A stretch of 63,063 nucleotides of DNA from an uncultured Planctomycetales bacterium. Lineage in GTDB: Bacteria; Omnitrophota; Gorgyraeia; Zapsychrales; GWA2-47-8. The stretch is from assembly GCA_964364715.1 (NCBI GenBank), contig CAYING010000001.1, forward strand, positions 33,454 through 96,516, given 5' to 3'. The notes below the pieces were generated by a model. The model was given only the letters and a program-made list of their open reading frames with translations, was not told the origin of the DNA and made no database searches. Shown here piece after piece: positions 33,450 to 42,019 of the stretch. Position 1 is the stretch's first letter. Each line of letters opens with the position of its first letter. A program made the translations under genes and the position numbers.

Positions 33450-33546
33450 CATGTACTTATTTTCTCTAATAAATACAGAGGAAATAAGTACTTATCCCAA
33501 TTACATCTAAATATATTGGGAATAATTATAGAGGAAAATTGGGATG
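33450..33546 (+). repeat. 97-nt leader element ending on a start codon (copy B)
   Basis: About 94% identical to 34570-34666. Hairpin at 33453-33491. Boxes TCCCAATT (33495-33502), ATTGGGA (33515-33521), GAGGA (33531-33535), AATTGGGA (33537-33544) and ATG (33544-33546). Confidence 0.9.
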
Positions 33547-34608
33547 GTCAACATCGGAATTATCGGCTGCGGGTATTGGGGTCCTAATCTTCTTCGAAAT
33601 TTTAATTCGCTTTCCAACTGCCGGGTCAAAATGGCTGCTGAATTAGACGACTCGCGCATTCTTTACCTCAACCAAAAGTTTCCCTCAGTAAGGACTACCA
33701 AAAATTATAAAGATCTGTTTGCCAATGAGATAGACGCGGTTGTGATCGCGACCCCGCCGACCACGCATTATGCGATGGCCAAAGAGGCTTTGACCCACAA
33801 GAAGCATCTTTTAGTTGAGAAACCTTTGGCGATGAACAGCGTGGACGCCCAGGAATTGATCGATCTGGCGGCCCAAAATATGTGCACGCTGATGGTCGGC
33901 CATACCTTTGAGTTCAATGCCGCGGTCCGGACAATGAAGAAATATGTTCAGAGCGGGGAAGTCGGCAAGCCGTATTATATTTATTCTCAGCGTTTAAATT
34001 TGGGGATTATCCGTCGGGATGTTAACGCCCTTTGGAATTTGGCGCCGCATGATATTTCGATCCTGCTGTATCTTTTTGAAAAAATGCCGGTCAGCGTTTC
34101 GGCGCGCGGATACGCGTTTATCCAGCCGGGGATCGAAGATCTTATCTTCATGACCTTACAATTTCCCGATGACCTGGTCGCGCATGTGCACGTGAGCTGG
34201 CTCGACCCGAACAAGGTCCGGCGGATGACGCTCGTGGGCAGCAAGAAGATGGTGGTCTATGATGATACTTCCGATGCCAAGATCAAGATTTATGAAAAGG
34301 GTATTACCAAAGCAAATATCAATGAATCTTTGGGGCGTTACGATGATTTCGGCGAATTCCAGCTGATGAAATCCGCCGGTAACGTGGTCTTCCCGAAGAT
34401 CGATTTTATCGAGCCGTTAGGTGTCGAGTGCGCCAATTTTATCGATGCCATTACCAATCAAACAAAACCTTTGACCGACGGCGAGAACGGCCTGCGGGTC
34501 GTCAGAATTCTCGAAGCAGCGCAGAAATCGTTAGAGAATAGCGGTCAAACTATTGAATTAGCGGAGTCTCATGTACTTATTTTCCCTAATGAAATACAGA
34601 GGGAATAA
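33544..34608 (+). CDS. Gfo/Idh/MocA family NAD(P)-dependent sugar oxidoreductase (WbpB-like)
   Basis: Rossmann motif IGIIGCGYWG, plus VEKPLA and the family-typical length. Confidence 0.85.
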   Translation: MVNIGIIGCGYWGPNLLRNFNSLSNCRVKMAAELDDSRILYLNQKFPSVRTTKNYKDLFANEIDAVVIATPPTTHYAMAKEALTHKKHLLVEKPLAMNSVDAQELIDLAAQNMCTLMVGHTFEFNAAVRTMKKYVQSGEVGKPYYIYSQRLNLGIIRRDVNALWNLAPHDISILLYLFEKMPVSVSARGYAFIQPGIEDLIFMTLQFPDDLVAHVHVSWLDPNKVRRMTLVGSKKMVVYDDTSDAKIKIYEKGITKANINESLGRYDDFGEFQLMKSAGNVVFPKIDFIEPLGVECANFIDAITNQTKPLTDGENGLRVVRILEAAQKSLENSGQTIELAESHVLIFPNEIQRE

Positions 34609-34666
34609 GTACTTATCCCAATTACATCTAACATATTGGGAATAATTGTAGAGGGAAATTGGGATG
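34570..34666 (+). repeat. 97-nt leader element ending on a start codon (copy C)
   Basis: Same boxes as copy B. Its first 39 nt encode the last 12 codons and the stop of the upstream CDS. Confidence 0.9.
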
Positions 34667-35611
34667 TATCGCGGTAAAAAGATCTCGCTGGTCATTCCTG
34701 CCTATAACGAATCCAAATTGATCAAGCCGACGCTGGAGCATGTTCCGGCAAGCATCGACAAGGTGTATGTGGTCGATGATGCCAGCACCGACAATATGGC
34801 GGAGGTGGTGCGCGAATGTGCGGTCAAGGATCCGCGTGTTGAATTGATTCGGCACACCGTCAATCAGGGGCCCGGGCAGGGGATCATCAGCGGATATTTA
34901 AAGTCGTCGGCGGACGGATATGACATTGCGGTCGTTGTCGGCGGAGATTATCAGATGCCGCTGGAAGAAGTGGAAAATTTCCTGGATCCGATCATCGACG
35001 GTAAAGCGGATTACACGAAGGGCAATCGCTTTCTCCTATGGAAAACGACCAAAGAGCGAATGCCGCCGGTGCGTGTTTTTGGAAATCTTTTAATCACGGC
35101 TTTGACTAAAATCGCATCGGGTTATTACAAAGTTATGGATGTTGTTGACGGCTATACCGCGATCACCAAGAAGGCGATCGATATCATCGACTGGAACATC
35201 GCCTGGAAAAAATACGGCTACCCGATGGATTTTTTGATCCGCTTGAACGCCTATGGATTCAGGGTAAAAGATGTTCCGCGCACCGCGATCTATTTGAAAG
35301 GGGAGCGGCAGTCGCAGATCAAGGGAATGCGCTATGCCCTGCGCGTTTCGCCGATGCTGATCCGCGGATTTTTCTGGCGGATGTTCTACAAATATCTGTA
35401 CCTCGATTTTCACCCGCTGGTATTTTTCTTTCTTTGCGGAATGGTGCTTTTGCCGCTGGGGATCTTGTTCGGTTTTTATCTCATTTATCAGGAAGTGGCT
35501 GGCATCGGGGTTTCCGGCCCGCGGGCGATCCTCTGCGCCTTGTCGATCATCACCGGACTGCAGTTTTTGTTATTCGGGATGTGGTTCGATATGGAAGCGA
35601 CGGAAAAATAA
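34664..35611 (+). CDS. GT2 polyprenyl-phosphate glycosyltransferase (GtrB/ArnC/DPM1-like) with C-terminal TM helices
   Basis: VIPAYNE and VVDDASTD motifs and two C-terminal TM segments. Confidence 0.8.
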   Translation: MYRGKKISLVIPAYNESKLIKPTLEHVPASIDKVYVVDDASTDNMAEVVRECAVKDPRVELIRHTVNQGPGQGIISGYLKSSADGYDIAVVVGGDYQMPLEEVENFLDPIIDGKADYTKGNRFLLWKTTKERMPPVRVFGNLLITALTKIASGYYKVMDVVDGYTAITKKAIDIIDWNIAWKKYGYPMDFLIRLNAYGFRVKDVPRTAIYLKGERQSQIKGMRYALRVSPMLIRGFFWRMFYKYLYLDFHPLVFFFLCGMVLLPLGILFGFYLIYQEVAGIGVSGPRAILCALSIITGLQFLLFGMWFDMEATEK

Positions 35612-35612
35612 T

Positions 35613-36761
35613 ATGGAAACGACTTTAGAGAAGACGGACAAGATCTGTTCACGGTGTGTGATGGATTCGACTGATTCCGGACTTCGTTTGGATGCTGAAG
35701 GTGTTTGCCAATATTGCCGGATACATGAAAAATTAGCGGAAACTTTCCCGCTGAACGCCGAAGGTGAAAGAAAATTGCAGCAGCTTGCCGATGCGATCAA
35801 GCAAAGCGGACGCGGCAAAAATTATGATGTGATCGTGGGGGTGAGCGGCGGGCGCGACAGCACGTACGGATTATATATCGCAGTGAAATTGGGTTTAAGG
35901 CCGCTAGCGGTCCACTTTGATAATGGATGGAATTCCGAGATCGCGGTCACTAATATCAAGCGCGCCACGAGCAAACTTAATATTGATCTGCATACCTATG
36001 TGGTCGATTGGGATGAGTTCAAAGATCTGCAGCTTTCTTTTCTCAAGGCTTCGGTGTCGGACGCTGAAATCCCGACGGATGTCGGCATTCACGGCACACT
36101 GCACCGCGTGGCCGCGGAAGAGGGAATTAAATATATTTTATTTGCGCATTCGTTCCGCACCGAAGGTTTTGCCCCGCTTAACTGGACCTACATGGACGGC
36201 CGTTACGTTGAGAGCGTGCACAAACAGTTCGGGGCAAAGCCGCTCAAAACATTTCCGAATTTGAATTTGAAAAATTATTTGTATTATCGTTTTGTTAAAG
36301 GGATCAAGGTCGTCCCGCTTCTCGCCTATGTCGAATATGATCAGAAAAAGGTCGAGAAACTGCTGGAGCAGGAAATTGGCTGGACGTATTACGGCGGGCA
36401 TCATCATGAATCGTATTACACGCATTTTTTCCAATCCTATTATCTGCCGCAGAAGTTCAATATCGATAAGCGCAAGATCGAGAATTCGGCGCTGATCCGT
36501 TCCGGCCAGATGACGCGCGAGCAGGCGTTGAGCGAGATCCAAGGGGAGACGTACCCGTACGACCCTGAGTTGGTCGATTATACCTTAAGTAAATTGGGGC
36601 TGACCAAAGACCAATTCCAGAAAATCATGGCATCGCCCAATAAATCATTCAAAGATTATCCAACCTATTATTCTTTGCTGAAAGTTTTTAAGTTACCGAT
36701 CCGTCTGGCCTGCGCTTTGGGAATCTTCCCAAAACATTTATATCTGCGCTACTTCGGTTAA
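35613..36761 (+). CDS. N-acetyl sugar amidotransferase (WbpG/PseA-type, PP-loop)
   Basis: N-terminal Cys cluster CSRCV...CQYC and the PP-loop VGVSGGRDS. Confidence 0.8.
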   Translation: METTLEKTDKICSRCVMDSTDSGLRLDAEGVCQYCRIHEKLAETFPLNAEGERKLQQLADAIKQSGRGKNYDVIVGVSGGRDSTYGLYIAVKLGLRPLAVHFDNGWNSEIAVTNIKRATSKLNIDLHTYVVDWDEFKDLQLSFLKASVSDAEIPTDVGIHGTLHRVAAEEGIKYILFAHSFRTEGFAPLNWTYMDGRYVESVHKQFGAKPLKTFPNLNLKNYLYYRFVKGIKVVPLLAYVEYDQKKVEKLLEQEIGWTYYGGHHHESYYTHFFQSYYLPQKFNIDKRKIENSALIRSGQMTREQALSEIQGETYPYDPELVDYTLSKLGLTKDQFQKIMASPNKSFKDYPTYYSLLKVFKLPIRLACALGIFPKHLYLRYFG

Positions 36762-36762
36762 T

Positions 36763-37530
36763 ATGCTCAAGACAAGAGTTTTCCCCTGTTTACTGCTTAA
36801 AGGAACGGGCTTGGTTAAAACCGTTCAGTTCAAAAATCCTACCTATGTCGGAGACCCGATCAACGCGGTCAGAATTTTTAATACGAAAGAAGTCGATGAA
36901 CTCGTTCTTTTGGACATCACGGCCACGGAAGAAAACCGTTCTCCGCAATTCGATCTGATCGCAAAAATTTCTGATGAATGCCGGATGCCTTTAAGCGTCG
37001 GCGGGGGAGTGCGCTCGATGGACGATATCCGCCGGCTTTTAAACGGCGGCGCGGAAAAGGTTGTTTTGAATACTCATGCCATCCGCGATCCTAATTTGGT
37101 TGAGCAAGCAGCCAGTGAAATGGGAAGCCAGTCCATCATTGTGTCCATCGATGCGAAACGGAACCCCAAAGGACATTACGAAGTTTTTATCGAGGGCGGA
37201 AAAAGACCGTCTGGTCACGATCCGGTCGAACTGGCCAAGCTGATGGAAGAAAAAGGCGCGGGCGAAATTTTTCTTAATTCGATCGACCGGGATGGAACGA
37301 TGAGCGGCTATGATGTCGAATTGATCCGTCAGGTTTCCGAGGCGGTCAATATTCCGGTCATCGCCTGCGGCGGAGCGGGAAAACTGGAAGATTTCAAGGC
37401 AGCGGTCCAGGAAGGCGGGGCCTCGGCGGTCGCGGCCGGAAGCTTTTTTGTTTTTCACGGCCGCCGGCGGGCGGTCCTCATCAATTTCCCGGCGAAAGAT
37501 GAATTGGATCGGCTATTTATTTATGAATAA
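36763..37530 (+). CDS. HisF-like cyclase subunit (HisF2/AglZ type, acetamidino-sugar biosynthesis)
   Basis: RVFPCLLLKG..LVKT..F, VDELVLLDI and ACGGAG motifs. Adjacent to the WbpG-like gene. Confidence 0.8.
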   Translation: MLKTRVFPCLLLKGTGLVKTVQFKNPTYVGDPINAVRIFNTKEVDELVLLDITATEENRSPQFDLIAKISDECRMPLSVGGGVRSMDDIRRLLNGGAEKVVLNTHAIRDPNLVEQAASEMGSQSIIVSIDAKRNPKGHYEVFIEGGKRPSGHDPVELAKLMEEKGAGEIFLNSIDRDGTMSGYDVELIRQVSEAVNIPVIACGGAGKLEDFKAAVQEGGASAVAAGSFFVFHGRRRAVLINFPAKDELDRLFIYE

Positions 37531-38272
37531 CATGGGTAATTCATCATTCTGGCATAAACTCATTCGATCCGTTATGGTGCGTGGTGATGTCCAGAACATA
37601 GAAAGCGTTGCGTGTAAGAAGGTTGTTGCGGATGCCATTCAATTGGAAAATAGCAAAAAACAATTTAGGTTTATAACCAAGTATTATGATCAAAATATAT
37701 ATCAAATATTTTCTAGAATAAATCAGCAATCTAACATCAAAACAGTATTAGATGTCGGAACAGCTATGGGAGATGTTATTTCCACGGTTGCGGCACAGAA
37801 CCCCCGGGTCAATTTTTTTGCCATTGATATTATGGATGAGGCCATTGAGATTGCTCAAAGGAATTATTGCGGGATCACAAATGTAAAATTTAAGAAGGCC
37901 AACTTTTTGGGTGATTCTGTTATGTCTTGTGCGGATGTTGTTGTTTGTCTTCAAACTTTAGAGCATATAGAGGACCATACTTTGATTCCTTTTATTGAAA
38001 AGTTATTCAAGACAGCCCGTTGTGCTGTTGTGGTAAGTGTACCGCGTGAGCCGTATTGGTGTTTTGCGAATTTATTGAGGCTGAAATATTGGTCTAGATT
38101 GGGAAATACGCCGCATCACGTGCAGCATTGGAGGATGCAAAGTTTTGAAAAGGTTTGCCGCAATATCGCCTCGCAAGTGTGGACTTCAAAATATGAAGTG
38201 GTTAAAAAAAGTCCTCTGCATCTATGGACAATTTTAGTATTTATGAAGGAAGATGTTTGCCATGCAAAATAG
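37523..38272 (+). CDS. Class I SAM-dependent methyltransferase
   Basis: VLDVGTAMGD motif I. The start is uncertain (37499, 37523 or 37532). Confidence 0.7.
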   Translation: MNNMGNSSFWHKLIRSVMVRGDVQNIESVACKKVVADAIQLENSKKQFRFITKYYDQNIYQIFSRINQQSNIKTVLDVGTAMGDVISTVAAQNPRVNFFAIDIMDEAIEIAQRNYCGITNVKFKKANFLGDSVMSCADVVVCLQTLEHIEDHTLIPFIEKLFKTARCAVVVSVPREPYWCFANLLRLKYWSRLGNTPHHVQHWRMQSFEKVCRNIASQVWTSKYEVVKKSPLHLWTILVFMKEDVCHAK

Positions 38273-39218
38273 TCTTTGGGTGAGAATCATTGGGGCAATT
38301 CTTTCAGCTGTTTCAATTGTTTTTGTCGCGAAGGTTATGGGGGGAGCAGCTATGCGGGGCCAGTATTCGCTTGTTTCTTGGAGTGAAATTCGGGTTTTAT
38401 TATTGTTTTTTCCGGTAAGCTGCGGAATGGCTTTTTTGATGGTTTATCCATGGAAGTGGGTGTTGGAATTTGTTCTGAAAAGGCGTATTCGATTGAAAGA
38501 AATCTTTGCGGTCTATGCGGGATCCAATGTCGCGAAATATTGGCCAGGAGGGTTTTGGCAATACCTGATGCGGAATTTCCTGGGACGTAATTTAAATATG
38601 ACGCAGTGGCAAATTGGCACGAGCAGTTTACTGGAAATTTTGTGTGTTGTTATCGGTACGGGTACCATAGTTTTTTTTATTGCTGCCGCGCGATGGAGTT
38701 ATTCCCGCAAGTTAGAATATGCGCCGGTTGAGCTGCAACGGATTTTTGACTATTCAGGAATTTTTATTTTGATTGCGCTTTTATGTGTGATTCTCATAAA
38801 GTTTTGGTTAAGCAGGAGCCTAAGGACGCAGAACGTAAAGTTTGATTATTGGGAAATGGGGGGGCTATTTTTGAAGGTTACAGTGGCCCATTTTATATAT
38901 TTTGTTCTCGCCAGCGTGAGCTTTGCATTCTTCTTGAGAGAATTCACTGTTGATGCGATTGGAATGCTTGATGCGTGGGTTGTCGGTGAAGTATTTATTT
39001 TGGCCTTTTTTGCAGGGTTTGTTGTGCCTGGAGCACCTTCGGGGTTGGGCATTCGTGAAGTATTTTTGTTATTTGCTCTGTCGCCTCACTACGGAACGGG
39101 GCCGGTCCTGCTGGCAGCCTTCTGTCATCGTTTCTTGCTTATTCTGGGGGATGTTGGAATTTGGATTTTGAGCCGGTTTAATTTATCACTATCAAATTAT
39201 GTATCTTCCAAAATATAA
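38253..39218 (+). CDS. Flippase-like membrane protein (LPG_synthase_TM/UPF0104 family)
   Basis: Polytopic, with the VPGAPSGLGIREV signature near the C-terminus. Confidence 0.65.
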   Translation: MFAMQNSLWVRIIGAILSAVSIVFVAKVMGGAAMRGQYSLVSWSEIRVLLLFFPVSCGMAFLMVYPWKWVLEFVLKRRIRLKEIFAVYAGSNVAKYWPGGFWQYLMRNFLGRNLNMTQWQIGTSSLLEILCVVIGTGTIVFFIAAARWSYSRKLEYAPVELQRIFDYSGIFILIALLCVILIKFWLSRSLRTQNVKFDYWEMGGLFLKVTVAHFIYFVLASVSFAFFLREFTVDAIGMLDAWVVGEVFILAFFAGFVVPGAPSGLGIREVFLLFALSPHYGTGPVLLAAFCHRFLLILGDVGIWILSRFNLSLSNYVSSKI

Positions 39219-41370
39219 AATGCACCTGATGGTGGTGGCAATCACGATTTCGGTTTGGTTTGCCATATTCGGAGACTATTTCGCCGGTCAGCCGGCGATG
39301 ACCCAACACGGGCTGGATTATTATCTGATCGTTAAATATCAGATGGATAACCTGATGCGGGGCGTATTTCCGTTCTGGGATCCGCTGATGTTTTGGGGAA
39401 GGCCGGATAATATCGACAGCCGGTTCATCGGTGAATTTAATCCATTCTTGTGGGTGTATGCGGTTTTGGCGTGGGTGGGGGTGCCCCGGCCTACGGCATT
39501 TCTGGTTTATGCGTTGGGGTATCATTTTATTGGCCTGGCAGGATTCTGCCTTTTGGCCCAACGTATCTTTAAGGATGCGCTGTTGGCTTGGCTTTCGTTT
39601 ACGCTGTTCCTCTTTTCCTCCTTTGTGATCCTTGTTTTTAACAATTATTGTGTGACCCTGATGACGGTCCCCATGATTTGGTTCTTTTATTTCTTCGTTG
39701 CATTCACGCAGACGCCTAAAAAGGTTTTTTTTGCAGGATTGATTTTTTCAGTAATGCTTTTAGCCATAACGTATATGCCATTTTACTTTCTGACCATATT
39801 TGTGGTCATTTTAGCTGCTTTTTCACTGCTTTATCCCACCCAAGTACCTATAATTATTAAAAAGTGGAGTAAATTTACCATAAATAATAAATATTTTATA
39901 ATTTTAGGGAGTATTTGTGTTATTTTTTCACTAATTCCAGGCATTCAATGGTTCCTGGCATCTGAATCCGGAGAGTATATTTTATCCTGGCGGCATACCG
40001 GATCAAACAGCTTAAATGCCGCGGCGATGGAGCTTTCGACGATCAGCACGTCCGGTATCGTGGGCCCGGTCGATCTTAAGCGGCTTTTTTCCGGCCTGCA
40101 GAATTCCCGGCATCTTCTGTTTTTTGTTCCCCTGTTCGTATATGTGATCCTGCTGGTTTCGCTGGTCAACCGCGTGACCAAGCTGTCCCTGGTGTTCTTG
40201 CTGAGCGGGTTGGTGATCTTTTTGATCACCCTGACCGACCTGACCCCGGTGCATAAGTTTCTGTACGAGCATATTTATTTTTATAAACTTTTTCGTAATA
40301 TTTTTTATTTTTCCTATATGGCGTTGATCCCGCTGATCATTTTATTCGTGGTGGAACAATTGCGGTTGTTTCTGGAAGACACGAAAAAGGAAAATAATAG
40401 GACGCTTCTTATGGTTTTTGCCGTTTTAGTCCACGGGCTTTTTGCGCTGTTTCTTTATAAAATGGGGAATATTACCTGGTCATCATATGTTTCGCTTTTT
40501 CTCAGTTTGGTATTTTTTCTGGGATACCTTGCCGGATTCCGCGCCCCGGGAGCGGGAACACTCCCGGGGTGGGTTATTTTGCTTTTGGCGGCCGCGGTCG
40601 TGGTCCAGCCGGCAGAGGTTTTTTATCATTACAAGAAAAATGCGTTGAGCGTGGTTGACTGGTCTCCGAAAGACCGATTTTATCCGAAATTTTCTTTTGT
40701 CCGGCCGACACGGCAACAAGAGGCGCAAGCGCCCAAGTGCTATAAGGGAAAAAGTCCGCAGGCCGTCCAAGATACGTCCGGGTTTGAACCGTGGAAATAT
40801 ACCGGATTGAACCGATCCTATTTGTTGCATCAAAATGTCGCGCACGATGTTCTCGAAGAATATGTAAAATATAAATTTGTTGTGTATGATACGGTTGAGG
40901 TGATCGGGGAAGAGGGTTGGGATTTTAAGCGTTTTGAACAGACGATCCGCCAGAAGGAAAATAAGGCTTTTGTTTTTCTCGTTTCAGGCAAGATCGCTGT
41001 TTCGCCGCAAACGCCGTTCAGTCCGCAGTATCAGGTCGTTGCTAGAAATTCTCCCGAATTCGAACTGCTTGAATTTGCTCTGAACCATATCCGTTTTAAG
41101 GCGAATTTTAGAACCGAAAAATTTTTAGTGTACAACGACGGCTATGATCGAAACTGGCAGGCATTTGTTAACGGTCGTTTAACACGCATTTTTCAGGCCA
41201 ATTATGCTTTTAAAGGGATCTGGCTGCCGGCCGGAGAAAATGTCGTCGTCTTTCGTTATGGCCCGCCGGTTCTGTATATATTCACCTGTTTTATGTTCGC
41301 GCTTTACGCGGCCGTGCTCGCGTACTTGATCGTGCTGGGCGTGCGGCACTGCCGAGGAAAAGATGATTAA
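39199..41370 (+). CDS. YfhO-family GT-C-type membrane glycosyltransferase
   Basis: 723 aa with many TM segments. C-terminal signature DRNWQAFVNGR...ANYAFKGIWLPAGENVVVFRYGP. Confidence 0.7.
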   Translation: MYLPKYKMHLMVVAITISVWFAIFGDYFAGQPAMTQHGLDYYLIVKYQMDNLMRGVFPFWDPLMFWGRPDNIDSRFIGEFNPFLWVYAVLAWVGVPRPTAFLVYALGYHFIGLAGFCLLAQRIFKDALLAWLSFTLFLFSSFVILVFNNYCVTLMTVPMIWFFYFFVAFTQTPKKVFFAGLIFSVMLLAITYMPFYFLTIFVVILAAFSLLYPTQVPIIIKKWSKFTINNKYFIILGSICVIFSLIPGIQWFLASESGEYILSWRHTGSNSLNAAAMELSTISTSGIVGPVDLKRLFSGLQNSRHLLFFVPLFVYVILLVSLVNRVTKLSLVFLLSGLVIFLITLTDLTPVHKFLYEHIYFYKLFRNIFYFSYMALIPLIILFVVEQLRLFLEDTKKENNRTLLMVFAVLVHGLFALFLYKMGNITWSSYVSLFLSLVFFLGYLAGFRAPGAGTLPGWVILLLAAAVVVQPAEVFYHYKKNALSVVDWSPKDRFYPKFSFVRPTRQQEAQAPKCYKGKSPQAVQDTSGFEPWKYTGLNRSYLLHQNVAHDVLEEYVKYKFVVYDTVEVIGEEGWDFKRFEQTIRQKENKAFVFLVSGKIAVSPQTPFSPQYQVVARNSPEFELLEFALNHIRFKANFRTEKFLVYNDGYDRNWQAFVNGRLTRIFQANYAFKGIWLPAGENVVVFRYGPPVLYIFTCFMFALYAAVLAYLIVLGVRHCRGKDD

Positions 41371-42019
41371 GAGCATTTTTAACCGGAACATTTTTATCTA
41401 CCTTGCCGTCGCGGCTGTCCTGTTTTTGATCGTGGATAAACAGCGTTACCGGAGTAAGATGATCAATTATCTGACGGTTCCGGTCGGGTATCTGTATTTA
41501 GTGGGGGAAGGCGCGCAGAAAGCTGAGCCGCAAAGAATTTTAGATTATGTGGAATTTTATGAACGTCTCATCGAACATGCGCCGAACGCCCCGGACGCGC
41601 TTGGGATGCTGGGTGTTTCGCATTATTATTTAGGAGATACAAAAAAAGCGGCCGAACTTCTTGAGAAAGCGGCGGCGGCCAATCCGCATTATTTTTGGTT
41701 TCAGTACAATTCGGGTGTGATCTATGCTGAAGAAGGGCAAAGAGAAAAAGCGGCCGAGGCCTTTCAAAAAGCGCTGCGGATAAAACCGCAATTAGCGCTT
41801 TATTTTATCCAAACATCGCGTATCTTAAGATATGTGGAAGACCAGGAATATATTCGGGCTTCTTTGCGGATGCCGTCGCTGAACGTAGATGGGAAGATTG
41901 AAGAAAATTTGAAGGCCGGGTACCAGGCTGCCGCCAGACTCACCATTCTTTTGCAGCAGCAAAAAGCTGATAGGAATATTAAATTGCCGCAGGAACTGCT
42001 GCGGGTCAGGGTTTTTTAA
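41363..42019 (+). CDS. Membrane-anchored TPR-repeat protein
   Basis: TM anchor and 3-4 TPR-like repeats (AxxxxxKAxxxxP pattern). Confidence 0.7.
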   Translation: MIKSIFNRNIFIYLAVAAVLFLIVDKQRYRSKMINYLTVPVGYLYLVGEGAQKAEPQRILDYVEFYERLIEHAPNAPDALGMLGVSHYYLGDTKKAAELLEKAAAANPHYFWFQYNSGVIYAEEGQREKAAEAFQKALRIKPQLALYFIQTSRILRYVEDQEYIRASLRMPSLNVDGKIEENLKAGYQAAARLTILLQQQKADRNIKLPQELLRVRVF

